Part shown: positions 10,701 through 19,607 of the stretch, one piece after another
Position numbering within the stretch: position 1 is the stretch's first letter
Layout: the number at the start of each line of letters is the position of its first letter
Sequence record: PZ445443.1
Direction: 5' to 3' (one strand)
From: a phage
Length of the DNA stretch: 64,000 bases
Program-made: the position numbers and the translations under genes
The notes under the pieces: generated by a model
Seen by the model: only the letters and a program-made list of their open reading frames with translations
Told to the model about the DNA's origin: nothing
Database searches by the model: none

Positions 10701-13209
10701 CTATATCATCATGAGTGATCTAAGATCGAACATGGATGGAACATCCATATCTATGCAAGTTCCGGTAACAAACGGATACAAGCGTGTTGTGATGATCATT
10801 AAGTGCGATCTGATAGGTAAGCAAGTTCTTGCAGAGAACGGAACTTCCACCCACCTATTTGAGACTGCTCTGCACTATCAGTTTGCTGATTCACCTTTTG
10901 CAGGGGATAAGAGAATATCTGACACAGACGCTGTGCGATGCAAGAAATTTATGCTAGGTGGTGGGTGGTGGTGGTATGAATTTGACTTAACAGACAAATT
11001 CACCGACACGTCTAAAGTAGTGACGGGGCTTCGTCTAGACCTTGGCGAAAACATGCACAAAAGTGTTTGTGATGGCACCTACGGTGACCCAACAATCTAC
11101 TTAAAGTATGTCTCTTTTGAGCACCCAGAGGATGTTGTTTATGGTCCAAAACTGAGACTGTTTGGCAATTGGATTGCTAAAGACAGGGTAGGTATGGGCA
11201 AGAAGGTAAGAGGCTTCTTAATGGATGCAGGTACAGAGGACATGCTAGTCAATGCAGTGTGGCCTGAATTACCTGGGACTCAGTGGAACAACTCAGCCAA
11301 ATCTATAAACTGGTTCAATATCCACAGGGCTATGTGGACAACCAACTGTTACCTGTGGAAAGAGCTGAATGACGGCGCTTTCGGGTTCACAGGCGGCAGA
11401 AGAATGGCAATCATTTGCTGGACAACGTTGCAAAGATGTTATGACCATGACTACGAGATTGGAGGTAGGGCATGGAAAAATATTAGGGATAGAATCATAA
11501 CCAACTTTGCAGATCCTAACGGTGGTGGAGCGTATGGCTTCGACTGCAGCAGGCTCATCCATTTGAACGGATCCTCTGCCTACAAGAAAGAAGGTTACTC
11601 TGGGTCTATGATAGAATGGGGCCTGGTGAAAGATGCTCGCGTGCTGATGGGTCAACAACTTGCTGCTGCAATAGGTCCTAATGCAGTGCAATCTGTTAAA
11701 CCTGCGTGGTTTGATATCCCATTGTGGTCATCCGGTACACCAGGAACTGCTGCAATCAACCCTACCACGGGGGATCTGGAAATCTCTTGGGAGGACTTGA
11801 AGCAGGTTGGAGGCTGGGATAAAACAGGGTATCAGGTCCAGTGGTGGAGGGCTGACGGATCTTTAGCCGCTGATGAGTTTGTTAAGGACAATTTCTACAC
11901 TATGTCCTCTGCAAAAGCACAGGAATTGTTCGGTCAGGCAACTCCGTCAACGATCACCATGTCTATGTGCTGTAAAGACAACAGGACTGGAGCTTTGGGG
12001 CCAAGGGTTGCTAAAGTTTTCTCAGGTATTAAATGGAATCTACCTGTCCAAAGTATTTCATGGAAGCAAATAGGTGATAACAAGCTGCTGGTTACCCCTG
12101 CCTGTCAGTTCAACGCAACTCTTAACGTTGATCCTGCTGTTGCGGCAAACTCAGCTAAAGCTTCTGACTTCTCTGTGTCTAACACTGCTATGGCAGATGT
12201 TAGGAAGATTGACACGCTGAACGCCAGAATTACCTGTAAAAACACTTATGGCACATTCCAAATCATCAACAACTTCACAGATGCTGATTCTAAGGTAGTG
12301 AGGACAGCAAGCCAGACTCTGAGTTTAGGAACTCTGGCCTATGCGGCCCTGATCACCGAGCAGTCGGCAACACTCCAAGGAGGTGGTGTAGGCAAGTCCA
12401 TTGCAACACCTGTGTGGAAGCCAAATGAGTGGGTTGTGTTTGATTTGACTGTGGACTTCTCCAGCGATAATAACTGGACATGGGTAAGGAATTGTTTGTC
12501 ACAATTGATGGGAGGTCCAAGCTCCGTTAGTGATAGTCACGACTCTACTGACCCGAGTGTGTTCCAGGTAGGTAAAACTCACCCAGAGACTGGAGAAACG
12601 TTGCCTGACAGGAAGTATGCGTTGGTTTGCATCTCTTACGGGAAGGCAGATGTCACCTTCTCAGGGACACACACTTATAACGGAACCTACAATTTCTCAA
12701 GGAAGTATAGTCTCAAAGCAGGGAACATTATAGACGAGGTTGGTGCACTGTATAATCCTGGCAACGGCATAGGGATTGTGGGTGGTCAACTGCAGATGCA
12801 GGAACCTTCTATTACCCCTTCCAACGTATCTGGGATTAGAAAGACTTGGGAAAGTAGCAATACCAACATTGCAACAGTGGATGCTACCACAGGACTGGTA
12901 ACATTTAAAGCTACTGGGAATGTCACCATAAAGTTTGTAGTTACAGATGATGCAGGCCGCAAAACGTCCTCAACATCATTCACTGTCAAACAGATGGCAC
13001 CTCAGTGGTTTATTTGGGAAGGAAATCCTCTTGACGGGGCCTACCCTAGACCTGCAGGAACGTCTAATATGAGGGTCTTTACCGGTCCGGTAATGAACAA
13101 TCCGACCACAACCACCAACCCTACATTTTTGGTGCTTACATACCTGAAATTATTGGCCTACCAAGGAACCAGATACAACTGCTTTTCGGAGCAGGTGTTG
13201 ATGGTCTAG
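7753..13209 (+). CDS. large tail fibre / host-specificity protein (1818 aa) with C-terminal Ig-like (Big_2-type) segment; 3' end probably frameshifted
   Basis: 1818-aa ORF; Big_2-like stretch TWESSNTNIATVDATTGLVTFKATGNVTIKFVVTDDAGRKTSS; a -1 frame continues to 13379. Confidence 0.65.
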   Translation: MLPIPLLKLGRHFLDKRGGIKELAVLSYPIDNSDGTSNTVSYVNSLAILFDDGQLNITGYNRFGECRTGDLDTINYPNEAAWNVDHVWRADRAFVIRTFDNKFFYIGCTAGLIGSEAAGGNDVCVREWTPLPEQIVTGLHLDTHPERLVEVMGGVNNTVWVIAAPEADGMLHLYGSGNNTYGSLHVDKSQHATPVKIGETSESPETGPWKNPRINCEVHDNSVIFGGPNGFWIAGYDFLRNNSRNDLVWPPVQITRNDLRGIPADEEWKGFMCGPNGAVIATQRMHRPDDQQLVNVFYGQNIWGDDTWRELNITYTHEVMMARGYGTSGIFFNNGTKQYRGFSRNLCNDIGAQSANNSPRADFIHYQALATAKYVEQRLPVSWTESVYFQGIHREGFLGTFTVVNGKLWWSGIPRGSFTGSNNLFGGRLNSQGFTEIPENWYKNVPVDSWGVEDIFDVNGVSSVSNIYIGDTVKMKLKPQPEGATFIIDKIELVNAAGTVVTDANYQFSTNWNHGGANEVVVTQYNRNVNRRGLYSVKITYHDKHGTGRTHTTRTLNWNTIVPAYPSDGKWHTVGRNKQFHVNDTVYFGLNGTQPAVEGDTSYMVRLHRMDAGSVTYDVTQEIYDQRRATYDNIVKTQALWEFNPNGKGGKMLQVNEQNGTSLTVHEHPDPWPDPGKPHPGARTLKIVSHDAGYFGIRWEATVRYVDGTTNNIGITLGGTSEDNSLKIAYTPRGISIDNMDVVRNGYGDVNVKVTLGEHLGGERIIMYAFDHDPRTNGTYANQAWSYLINAPEPNTKEFYYGMKRDVCKKTGTHDWIAICVKDERTAWDEPVNRWFIGIPTRSDKYVAEYIVCMGGTNLNMCWNEDVNKYSDYDYMRDYSCNLWFNQTTGYPPRQARVNPAIFTDTQVFLTKQANEVQTFKNKYDPNKWFYNCYGAFFWGPGELPGGGSCFEAATYASDRFMGQVKKYKIIPGPETLGNAVDPYIIMSDLRSNMDGTSISMQVPVTNGYKRVVMIIKCDLIGKQVLAENGTSTHLFETALHYQFADSPFAGDKRISDTDAVRCKKFMLGGGWWWYEFDLTDKFTDTSKVVTGLRLDLGENMHKSVCDGTYGDPTIYLKYVSFEHPEDVVYGPKLRLFGNWIAKDRVGMGKKVRGFLMDAGTEDMLVNAVWPELPGTQWNNSAKSINWFNIHRAMWTTNCYLWKELNDGAFGFTGGRRMAIICWTTLQRCYDHDYEIGGRAWKNIRDRIITNFADPNGGGAYGFDCSRLIHLNGSSAYKKEGYSGSMIEWGLVKDARVLMGQQLAAAIGPNAVQSVKPAWFDIPLWSSGTPGTAAINPTTGDLEISWEDLKQVGGWDKTGYQVQWWRADGSLAADEFVKDNFYTMSSAKAQELFGQATPSTITMSMCCKDNRTGALGPRVAKVFSGIKWNLPVQSISWKQIGDNKLLVTPACQFNATLNVDPAVAANSAKASDFSVSNTAMADVRKIDTLNARITCKNTYGTFQIINNFTDADSKVVRTASQTLSLGTLAYAALITEQSATLQGGGVGKSIATPVWKPNEWVVFDLTVDFSSDNNWTWVRNCLSQLMGGPSSVSDSHDSTDPSVFQVGKTHPETGETLPDRKYALVCISYGKADVTFSGTHTYNGTYNFSRKYSLKAGNIIDEVGALYNPGNGIGIVGGQLQMQEPSITPSNVSGIRKTWESSNTNIATVDATTGLVTFKATGNVTIKFVVTDDAGRKTSSTSFTVKQMAPQWFIWEGNPLDGAYPRPAGTSNMRVFTGPVMNNPTTTTNPTFLVLTYLKLLAYQGTRYNCFSEQVLMV

Positions 13210-13379
13210 CCACTTTTGGGTACAGTGACAACATTGATGCAGCCAGAAGCTCGGGTTGGATTGGATTTAAGTTTCAGTGGAACCCTGGTGGTAGAACATT
13301 AGGTCTTGCAAGCATAGGTGTTATGCTACCTGGTAACCAGCAATACCATCTCGAAGCTTATACAAACTTCCCTAGTTAA
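13068..13379 (+). other. start-less open frame (-1 relative to 7753..13209), likely the true C-terminus of the large fibre protein
   Basis: 103 sense codons with no ATG/GTG/TTG start; TAA at 13377-13379 lies just before terminator; joins the main frame with a one-base change in the T5 run 13126-13130. Confidence 0.4.
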
Positions 13380-13388
13380 CAGGAGGAA

Positions 13389-13425
13389 AATAAAAAGGGG
13401 CCAAACGGCCCCTTTCTTTTTATAA
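13389..13425. terminator. bidirectional rho-independent terminator between convergent transcription units
   Basis: AAAAAGGGGCCaaacGGCCCCTTTCTTTTT: GC stem flanked by A-tract and T-tract; separates + tail genes from - strand genes. Confidence 0.7.
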
Positions 13426-13626
13426 TTAGTAATATTCCCAACACGACCCATCTTCAGACGGCTGGACACGCTTACCTTCATGATCGACATAGGTGTAACC
13501 ACAGCCTTCACAGATAACAGGTGCCGCATAACCTTCCTTCCACTGCTTCTCCGTGATCAATCCTTTCAGATCTCCGCAGTCACGACCAAACAACTCTTCA
13601 GAACAGTCTTTACAAAAATCAGCCAT
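13426..13626 (-). CDS. small zinc-ribbon protein (CxxC...CxxC)
   Basis: 66 aa; CKDC and CEGC cysteine pairs. Confidence 0.5.
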   Translation of the reverse strand: MADFCKDCSEELFGRDCGDLKGLITEKQWKEGYAAPVICEGCGYTYVDHEGKRVQPSEDGSCWEYY

Positions 13627-13692
13627 CTCTATCAGTCTCCATATTTAACCAATCTATATTACATATTGCCGAAGAAACAGTATTTCATTTCA

Positions 13693-13911
13693 TCACAGAT
13701 CTCCAACAACTTCCCAAATACCCCAGTGAGCATCTATATCCTTGATAAAGTATCTTTCTCCACGGTTTGTCCACACACCTACCCCAACTTTACCATCTAT
13801 CCCATTGTATACATCTGCCTCATACTCTTTGCCCGGTGTAAAGTGTACACCCATCATAAGGGCTGTTATTCCGTTAGGATTTTTAAATTTAACAAATTTT
13901 ACTTTGCTCAT
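13693..13911 (-). CDS. hypothetical small protein (72 aa)
   Basis: ORF track; GKEY...IKD pattern resembles the small paralog family seen elsewhere in the window. Confidence 0.5.
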   Translation of the reverse strand: MSKVKFVKFKNPNGITALMMGVHFTPGKEYEADVYNGIDGKVGVGVWTNRGERYFIKDIDAHWGIWEVVGDL

Positions 13912-13912
13912 A

Positions 13913-14242
13913 TTACTTAATCCTTGCAGTTACAGTAGCGCTATACCCCATATAGTTATGAGACATAAAGAATGTAAGCCCTTTAAGTTCAGGATTCTTT
14001 CTAAGAAATCGTTTCAATTTTCGAATGCAATTAACACCATGATCATAGTTTGAGAAATTAAATTTAATACCCTGCTCCATCATAGTGCACACTTCTTCAT
14101 GGGTATGCCATTGTCTATCGTGGTCACAAAACCAGTAACCAATACCTTCTTTTTCTTGGATATGCAACCCCCAAAATACTTTATGCATTGGATATTTTGG
14201 TTTTCTACCATGATAATGTAGTTTAATATTCACATGTGCCAT
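13913..14242 (-). CDS. hypothetical protein (109 aa)
   Basis: ORF track; tightly packed with neighbouring - strand genes; TTGACA-N18-TATTCT promoter-like sequence upstream on - strand. Confidence 0.5.
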   Translation of the reverse strand: MAHVNIKLHYHGRKPKYPMHKVFWGLHIQEKEGIGYWFCDHDRQWHTHEEVCTMMEQGIKFNFSNYDHGVNCIRKLKRFLRKNPELKGLTFFMSHNYMGYSATVTARIK

Positions 14243-14411
14243 TTTTTGTTACTCCGTTCTGTATCTGTGATAATGAGAATAGCAAACTGGGGTGTGTGCT
14301 GTCAACAACATTTTTTAAGCGTTTTGGGGAAGTTTTTTGAAAGGTGGGTGTAATCACAAGAGAGGGTGGAGTTATTGAAGGCACAGGCCTCGTTTGAGGC
14401 CTTAAATTCTA

Positions 14412-14792
14412 TTATGACACTTTGACATAGCGCTCTGACAGGGCTGGAAAGCCAAAAGCAGTACCTATACTACCGTACGCTACCCACCATTGAAGTTCAT
14501 CGTGACACCATTTTCCGATCAGGAAGGTGCTGGGGTAGCGGGTCAGTATTTTGGCATAAGCTTTAGGGTCTGCATCTTCTGGGATAATGATACTTGGAAC
14601 ATCTTTGTTATGACCACAGCAGCAGTTTAGAGTTTTCAATCCTGCCGCCCATAGACTCATGATAGGCTTAACCATGCACTTATCAAGGCACACACGTTTT
14701 TTGCCGTCACGGAGCTTTTTAGGCACATCAACGATAACATTTTGATGCTTGGCACCTTTCACTTTCCAATTATAGGATTTACACTTGCACAT
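14412..14792 (-). CDS. hypothetical Cys-rich protein (126 aa)
   Basis: ORF track; CCCGHN cysteine cluster; no confident family assignment. Confidence 0.45.
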   Translation of the reverse strand: MCKCKSYNWKVKGAKHQNVIVDVPKKLRDGKKRVCLDKCMVKPIMSLWAAGLKTLNCCCGHNKDVPSIIIPEDADPKAYAKILTRYPSTFLIGKWCHDELQWWVAYGSIGTAFGFPALSERYVKVS

Positions 14793-14819
14793 TTAATCAG
14801 TCTCCATCTAGAAAGCAAT

Positions 14820-14993
14820 ACTTTACTTAAAATCTTTGTCACCTATTACGATTGCACGAATCCACTCATTGTGATGTTCAATGGCGGCAAGGCGTAACAT
14901 AATGCAGTGATTGTCATTACTAAACACGGTGCGGTAAGCTTTAGCAGCACCATGATATAACTTCCACATCAGGTAATGATATCTTCGCCTCAT
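14820..14993 (-). CDS. hypothetical small protein (57 aa, below ORF-track cutoff)
   Basis: ATG with GGAG 9 nt upstream; fills gap between flanking - strand genes. Confidence 0.3.
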
Positions 14994-14998
14994 GGCTC

Positions 14999-15469
14999 TT
15001 ACTCCGGTTCAGGATCTGGGTAATCTTCAATAATAAAAGGCCATCCGTTCCGCTTAGCCTCAGACTTATACTCGATCTCCTTCATTGCAAACTCTAACTG
15101 ATTTTTAGCCGGAATACATGCCGGAGAATCATCAATCCAAATATCTGGGTAGATATCAAACTGCGCCAGATAGGCTGCCTTCTGAACACCTCCAGTATAA
15201 AACACACCAACATCAAGCTCCTTGCGCCAATACTCAATGTCTACATTGTCTTGAGTAATGAATCGGAAAGTCACAAGGTAGACTGTCCACCCCTCCTTCT
15301 TCAGATCCCTGATCAGGCGGGAGAAGATGAAAGGGCTCGCATTAAATGTTCCATCAAAGTCAATGGCAATGATGTGTGTGCCGTGGCGTGTCTCATATGG
15401 ATTGCTTGTGGTAAGATTGCTGTAGTTAAAAGGGACCTCTTCCCCGCAGTAGCTGTAGTCCATATTCAC
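14999..15469 (-). CDS. HAD-superfamily phosphatase (nucleotidase-like)
   Basis: 156 aa; IAIDFDGT matches HAD motif I (DxDGT). Confidence 0.6.
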   Translation of the reverse strand: MNMDYSYCGEEVPFNYSNLTTSNPYETRHGTHIIAIDFDGTFNASPFIFSRLIRDLKKEGWTVYLVTFRFITQDNVDIEYWRKELDVGVFYTGGVQKAAYLAQFDIYPDIWIDDSPACIPAKNQLEFAMKEIEYKSEAKRNGWPFIIEDYPDPEPE

Positions 15470-15741
15470 ACCTTCTCGTTGATAAATTTACGGGCGGTTT
15501 GGTGAGTTGTTTCTGCTGTCTTCAGAATGATATTAATTTTATCGTCAAGATCATTCATCTCAGCAGTTAATTCAGGAATCTCTCCGGCATGCATGGTGAA
15601 ATCATACATAGACATGCCCAGAATCTCATTGATTCGGCGGTTGCATTCTGCAGCACGCTGGTTCATTTTCCAAGCCAACACCAGAGCCTCTTGCGTAGCC
15701 TCCAGTGCAAAGTCTAATACGTCAGCTTCTTCTTTCGTCAT
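15466..15741 (-). CDS. hypothetical protein (91 aa)
   Basis: ORF track; overlaps downstream gene start by 4 nt. Confidence 0.45.
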   Translation of the reverse strand: MTKEEADVLDFALEATQEALVLAWKMNQRAAECNRRINEILGMSMYDFTMHAGEIPELTAEMNDLDDKINIILKTAETTHQTARKFINEKV

Positions 15742-15796
15742 CTCAGTCTCTCTTGTTGTATTGTTAGTAGGTGCATGAACACCTTATATCTCACTT

Positions 15797-16363
15797 TTAT
15801 TCAAACTGCAATAGCAAGTCCACCACCGCGCTAGGTCTGTCAACAAATTCCCCAGGTCCACATGCCCACAGAGGGTATCCGTCCACATACCGCCAAATCC
15901 AACCTGCAGTGTGGAGTTCGAGCAGGGCAGTACCGTCCTTACTGTCAACCACTCTTTCCCACAGTGTTGGGCAGCGAAGCTTGAGAATCGGATCACCTCC
16001 CTTATACCCGTCCATGTAGATACCCATTGCAAAGTTCAGCATCATCTTTTTGTGCACTGATCTCTTACTGAGGGTGCTCATCACTTCCTCTTTGTGAATG
16101 TTTGTAAGCTTCTCTTTGGCTACCCACAGATCGTTGCAACCATTGTTCAGCAGATCTTCCAGACACTTGATCCGGAGGTCGTGAATGTCTTTGTCGTGTA
16201 CCGTTGGCACAGGGTCGTAGCGGTATAGCACTGTTGATACAAGGTTGCTCGGGTGTGGGTCTGACAGCAACCCATAACCCCAATACTCTTCTGTATCTGA
16301 AAGGACAAGACACCCAATGTCTCTGTCAAGCTTTCCTGTGTTGTAAGCCACATTGACCGCCAT
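15797..16363 (-). CDS. hypothetical protein (188 aa)
   Basis: ORF track; no recognisable motif. Confidence 0.5.
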   Translation of the reverse strand: MAVNVAYNTGKLDRDIGCLVLSDTEEYWGYGLLSDPHPSNLVSTVLYRYDPVPTVHDKDIHDLRIKCLEDLLNNGCNDLWVAKEKLTNIHKEEVMSTLSKRSVHKKMMLNFAMGIYMDGYKGGDPILKLRCPTLWERVVDSKDGTALLELHTAGWIWRYVDGYPLWACGPGEFVDRPSAVVDLLLQFE

Positions 16364-16365
16364 GA

Positions 16366-16611
16366 CTATAGCTCCACTAGCAAAGTGCTTTCAAAGTGCC
16401 GTTCATGCAGACCGTTGTAAGGGACCACTTCCACAACACCATCACGGACATACGGGGCCATCATAGTGGTATAATCTCCAAACGGGTTGGTATTGTCACT
16501 AACCACAACCACCTTCTGCCCTTCCTTGGCAGAGTGCCAAATAGATCTACACTTCATCAGGTGTTCGAGAGCTCCAGGTAAAATTTTGTTACGTTCTTTA
16601 CGGGTCTTCAT
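16366..16611 (-). CDS. hypothetical small protein (81 aa), possible member of tandem paralog array
   Basis: ORF track; GQKVVVV segment resembles G-x-VV motif of downstream paralogs. Confidence 0.45.
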   Translation of the reverse strand: MKTRKERNKILPGALEHLMKCRSIWHSAKEGQKVVVVSDNTNPFGDYTTMMAPYVRDGVVEVVPYNGLHERHFESTLLVEL

Positions 16612-17057
16612 AACAGATATAGCTCCTTATGAAAGTGGTCTTTTAATTTCTCACTGAGAAACTTCTTGATACCTTCCTCTAAAGTGTTTTCGATGTAGTC
16701 CAGCTTAACTGCTTCGATGGACATATCATAGATTGCCAGCTCTAAGCTGTCAAGTCCCATCATAGCATGAACCATAAGATTTTCATCTTCAGATACATTC
16801 AGGGGACTTCCTATAACATCTGGAGGCAGAATAGTTTCCCAATTATTCTGGGTGGTAGTTCTCCCGCCATCTACTTTACGGCGCAGTTCGAATGTGTTCT
16901 TAGTGTAGAACACTTCATAAGAAACGATACGACTGTCACTCTCATAATAAACGAAGTTCAGGTAGGAGCCTAGCCGCAGTCGGCAAACTTCCACCCCAAA
17001 CCATTGTTTCTTATAAGAATTCAGGCTAATGCTGTCGCATTCACGTTTGCTCAACAC
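16608..17057 (-). CDS. hypothetical protein (149 aa)
   Basis: ORF track; start overlaps upstream stop. Confidence 0.5.
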   Translation of the reverse strand: MLSKRECDSISLNSYKKQWFGVEVCRLRLGSYLNFVYYESDSRIVSYEVFYTKNTFELRRKVDGGRTTTQNNWETILPPDVIGSPLNVSEDENLMVHAMMGLDSLELAIYDMSIEAVKLDYIENTLEEGIKKFLSEKLKDHFHKELYLL

Positions 17058-17073
17058 GGCTATCTCCTTTTTG

Positions 17074-17307
17074 TTAATCTTCGTAAATCAGGATTTCTGC
17101 TTTAGGTTTTCGTGCTTTCAGGTCCAGCTCTATCCAGTGCACCATAGCTGTTTCAAGAAAAACAGCTTGGATGCATCCGTCCTCAGCGTGCCCCACCAAC
17201 ATAACGAGATCTTCACCTTCGTCATCTGCATCACGAACATAAAGAATCTCTCCAGATTCGAAGTCTTTCACAACCTGATTGCTAGATAATTTTCGAATTT
17301 TTGCCAT
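17074..17307 (-). CDS. small paralog family protein (77 aa)
   Basis: ORF track; same length class and hydrophobic/acidic pattern as the three 87-aa paralogs. Confidence 0.5.
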   Translation of the reverse strand: MAKIRKLSSNQVVKDFESGEILYVRDADDEGEDLVMLVGHAEDGCIQAVFLETAMVHWIELDLKARKPKAEILIYED

Positions 17308-17308
17308 A

Positions 17309-17572
17309 TCAGAAACCCTCTAAAAAGCTCTTGTAGAAAACAATCTCAGTATCCACACCAGTCACAATCTTGTCGTTCCTGATTTCATCGGTAAGATAGG
17401 TGTCAAAACGCAGAACCTGTGTGGTGTTGTCACACATCCACTCAGCTGTGACCATTGCGAAAATCTTAGCATCTTCATTATCTGGTGTGAATGTTACCAC
17501 CTCACCGCACTTAAACTTTTCGATAGGCTGAGTGTTAGCTTTCGGTTCTGCGATAGTGATTTTTGTGGTCAT
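17309..17572 (-). CDS. small paralog family protein (87 aa)
   Basis: ORF track; CGEVV motif shared with neighbour; ATGA start/stop overlap. Confidence 0.55.
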   Translation of the reverse strand: MTTKITIAEPKANTQPIEKFKCGEVVTFTPDNEDAKIFAMVTAEWMCDNTTQVLRFDTYLTDEIRNDKIVTGVDTEIVFYKSFLEGF

Positions 17573-17835
17573 TATTCTCCTCCTTCTTTTGAATAGCTTG
17601 TCTCTCCAAGGATGGTAATTTTGGTGTCAAGCTCTGTAACTTTCATGTTTGGCGGCAGATCGTACAACTCATTATTTTCTAAATCGAACCCCCACACACA
17701 ATGTTCTCCTGTTTTGACAATCATAACTATGTTTTGAATACCGTCTCCGTCGCAACTTACCACGGTCCCACACGGAAAACTGTCTGCACGCTTTTTGTTC
17801 TTCACCTTAGAATTGAATACAATGCTAGTAGCCAT
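17572..17835 (-). CDS. small paralog family protein (87 aa)
   Basis: ORF track; MAT...KK...CGTVV...VK...FDL...LP...V-E-D...ILGE aligns with neighbour. Confidence 0.55.
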   Translation of the reverse strand: MATSIVFNSKVKNKKRADSFPCGTVVSCDGDGIQNIVMIVKTGEHCVWGFDLENNELYDLPPNMKVTELDTKITILGETSYSKEGGE

Positions 17836-18098
17836 TATTGTTCCTCCACCATAACTTCGCCAAGAATTTCTATGCAGGCATCCATTTCTGTAACAACCAA
17901 ACTGTGAGGTAGTTCTACAAACACCTTTCTGAACAGGTCAAATACCCCAACATATATGTTTGCAGGATGTGATTTTACAACAAGTGCTGTATTCACATCC
18001 CCAAGTTCATCAACAAACATCACCACAGCGCCTGGAGCTACTGAGGACAGATACTTCTTAGTTTTACGGTTTGATGCAAATTTTAACTCTGTTGCCAT
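17835..18098 (-). CDS. small paralog family protein (87 aa)
   Basis: ORF track; MAT...KK...GAVV...VK...FDL...LP...V-E-D...ILGE aligns with neighbour. Confidence 0.55.
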   Translation of the reverse strand: MATELKFASNRKTKKYLSSVAPGAVVMFVDELGDVNTALVVKSHPANIYVGVFDLFRKVFVELPHSLVVTEMDACIEILGEVMVEEQ

Positions 18099-18113
18099 AA
18101 ATAACCTCCTCTC

Positions 18114-19574
18114 TTACTTAGCGTACTCGATTAATTCCACAGTTTTCCCAAAGCTCGGGATATAATTTTTATTATACCCTTCAGTGAGGACCCATAGAGT
18201 ATCGTACTTTTTCCACTTGTTGTCAACAGCCTTTTGTTCAAAGTTATGCTCAAAGTATAGGTCGGTCAGGACGATGACATCTTTTGCATTCGGTATGTTG
18301 GCATCCAGATACTCGAACACGCAAGCAGCTGTTGTGCCCCATGTTGAGTGGACCTCATAGTTGATCATCTCGTCTATGTTGCCGCGAGTGTATACTTTAA
18401 CCTCTCCAACCTCAGTTGACCAACAGAACATTGTAACCTTAAACTCTTTATACAGATTGCACAATCCGGTGATTTCATTGAACATTTTCTTTAAAGTTCT
18501 CTGAGAGATCGAGCCAGAAACGTCTAAAGCCACCACAATATCTATAGTGTTTTCCGGATTACGACCAGGAACAATAACGTGCTGGTTCTTGTTTATAGCC
18601 CCAACTTTTCGCATTGTGCTGGTCAAAGACCCAGATCGGCGACCAGGTTTTCTGTAGGTCAGTTCGGCCTTTCTTTTAGACAACATGCGTTGCTTAATGA
18701 TGTCTATATAGTTGATTACAGGCTTACCTCTGTTCTTGACAAACTCACGCACCGCCTCAGGGCAACGGCCTCCGGACGCTTGCATTGCTGCCTCCAGCAT
18801 ATCGCCAGAGTCCTGCATGGCCTGATCTTTATCAGATTGGCTGATTACAGGTTGTGGCTGATCATACCCCATAGCCTTTCCAAGATTATCACTGGTGCCA
18901 CCATTCCCACTCATGTGATCATCGGTTTGTCGCTTATCACCTTGAGAGTTCTCACCTTTACCGCTCTTACTTTTACCGTTATTCTGATCTCTTTGCTTAT
19001 CAAGAACTGCATAAACGTTCTCAGCAATCCATCCATGAAACTTCATGTCGCAGTAGCAGCTGGCTAAGAAGCCAAAAGGCTTACCTTTCACGAACGTAGT
19101 GCTTTTCCCCTTCGGGAAGAAAACACAAGGAGGTTTGCTAAAGTCAACCACAAGGCCTGTGTTGATAACGTGATCACAAGCAATATTGAACAGTTCCGGC
19201 TCAAAGCTTTTACCACGGACCAGGTGATCACAGATAATATGCCCCACCTCATGTGACAGAAGGAAGGCCACCTCTTTCACAGATTTTGGGGAATAGAAAA
19301 CTTCAGCCATCTCAAACTGCTCGTCAGTTAGAGAAGCCTTAAGAATAGCCTTGCGTTCATCAGCCAATCCCATAATGAACTCAGGACTGTAATAGATGCG
19401 TTTATGGTCGGTTGCCATGGTGGAGCACCATGTGTGGTTTTCTACGAACTGCAACCCTGACAGTAGTGTGCCATAAAACGGCAGCTTTTCAAGGAGATAC
19501 ATACGTGCAGCCTGCAACATTCTCAGGGCATCATCTTTCTGTGAGGTAATGATTTCTGAACTTCTGCTATCCAT
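18114..19574 (-). CDS. VWA-domain protein with N-terminal metallopeptidase-like domain (HExxH)
   Basis: HEVGHIICDH zinc-binding motif; VVALDVSGSI MIDAS-type motif; ATG at 19574 with GGAG 5 nt upstream (ORF track starts at TTG 19595). Confidence 0.7.
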   Translation of the reverse strand: MDSRSSEIITSQKDDALRMLQAARMYLLEKLPFYGTLLSGLQFVENHTWCSTMATDHKRIYYSPEFIMGLADERKAILKASLTDEQFEMAEVFYSPKSVKEVAFLLSHEVGHIICDHLVRGKSFEPELFNIACDHVINTGLVVDFSKPPCVFFPKGKSTTFVKGKPFGFLASCYCDMKFHGWIAENVYAVLDKQRDQNNGKSKSGKGENSQGDKRQTDDHMSGNGGTSDNLGKAMGYDQPQPVISQSDKDQAMQDSGDMLEAAMQASGGRCPEAVREFVKNRGKPVINYIDIIKQRMLSKRKAELTYRKPGRRSGSLTSTMRKVGAINKNQHVIVPGRNPENTIDIVVALDVSGSISQRTLKKMFNEITGLCNLYKEFKVTMFCWSTEVGEVKVYTRGNIDEMINYEVHSTWGTTAACVFEYLDANIPNAKDVIVLTDLYFEHNFEQKAVDNKWKKYDTLWVLTEGYNKNYIPSFGKTVELIEYAK

Positions 19575-19584
19575 TAAAACTCCA

Positions 19585-19605
19585 GAAGGGGCCAATGGCC
19601 CCTGT
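19585..19605 (-). terminator. intergenic GC hairpin (terminator/attenuator or processing site)
   Basis: AGGGGCCAaTGGCCCCT palindrome between two - strand genes. Confidence 0.35.
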
Positions 19606-19607
19606 CA

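Noticed and set aside
7888-11691. Multiple - strand ORFs (7888-8703, 8983-9576, 9592-10194, 11293-11691 and others) inside the 1818-aa fibre gene
   Set aside because: Antisense to a long, well-supported CDS; no RBS; typical spurious reverse-frame ORFs
13068-13209. Programmed -1 ribosomal frameshift as the explanation for the fibre frame change
   Set aside because: No canonical X-XXY-YYZ slippery heptamer or obvious downstream pseudoknot; an indel in the T5 run is the simpler explanation, kept only as an alternative
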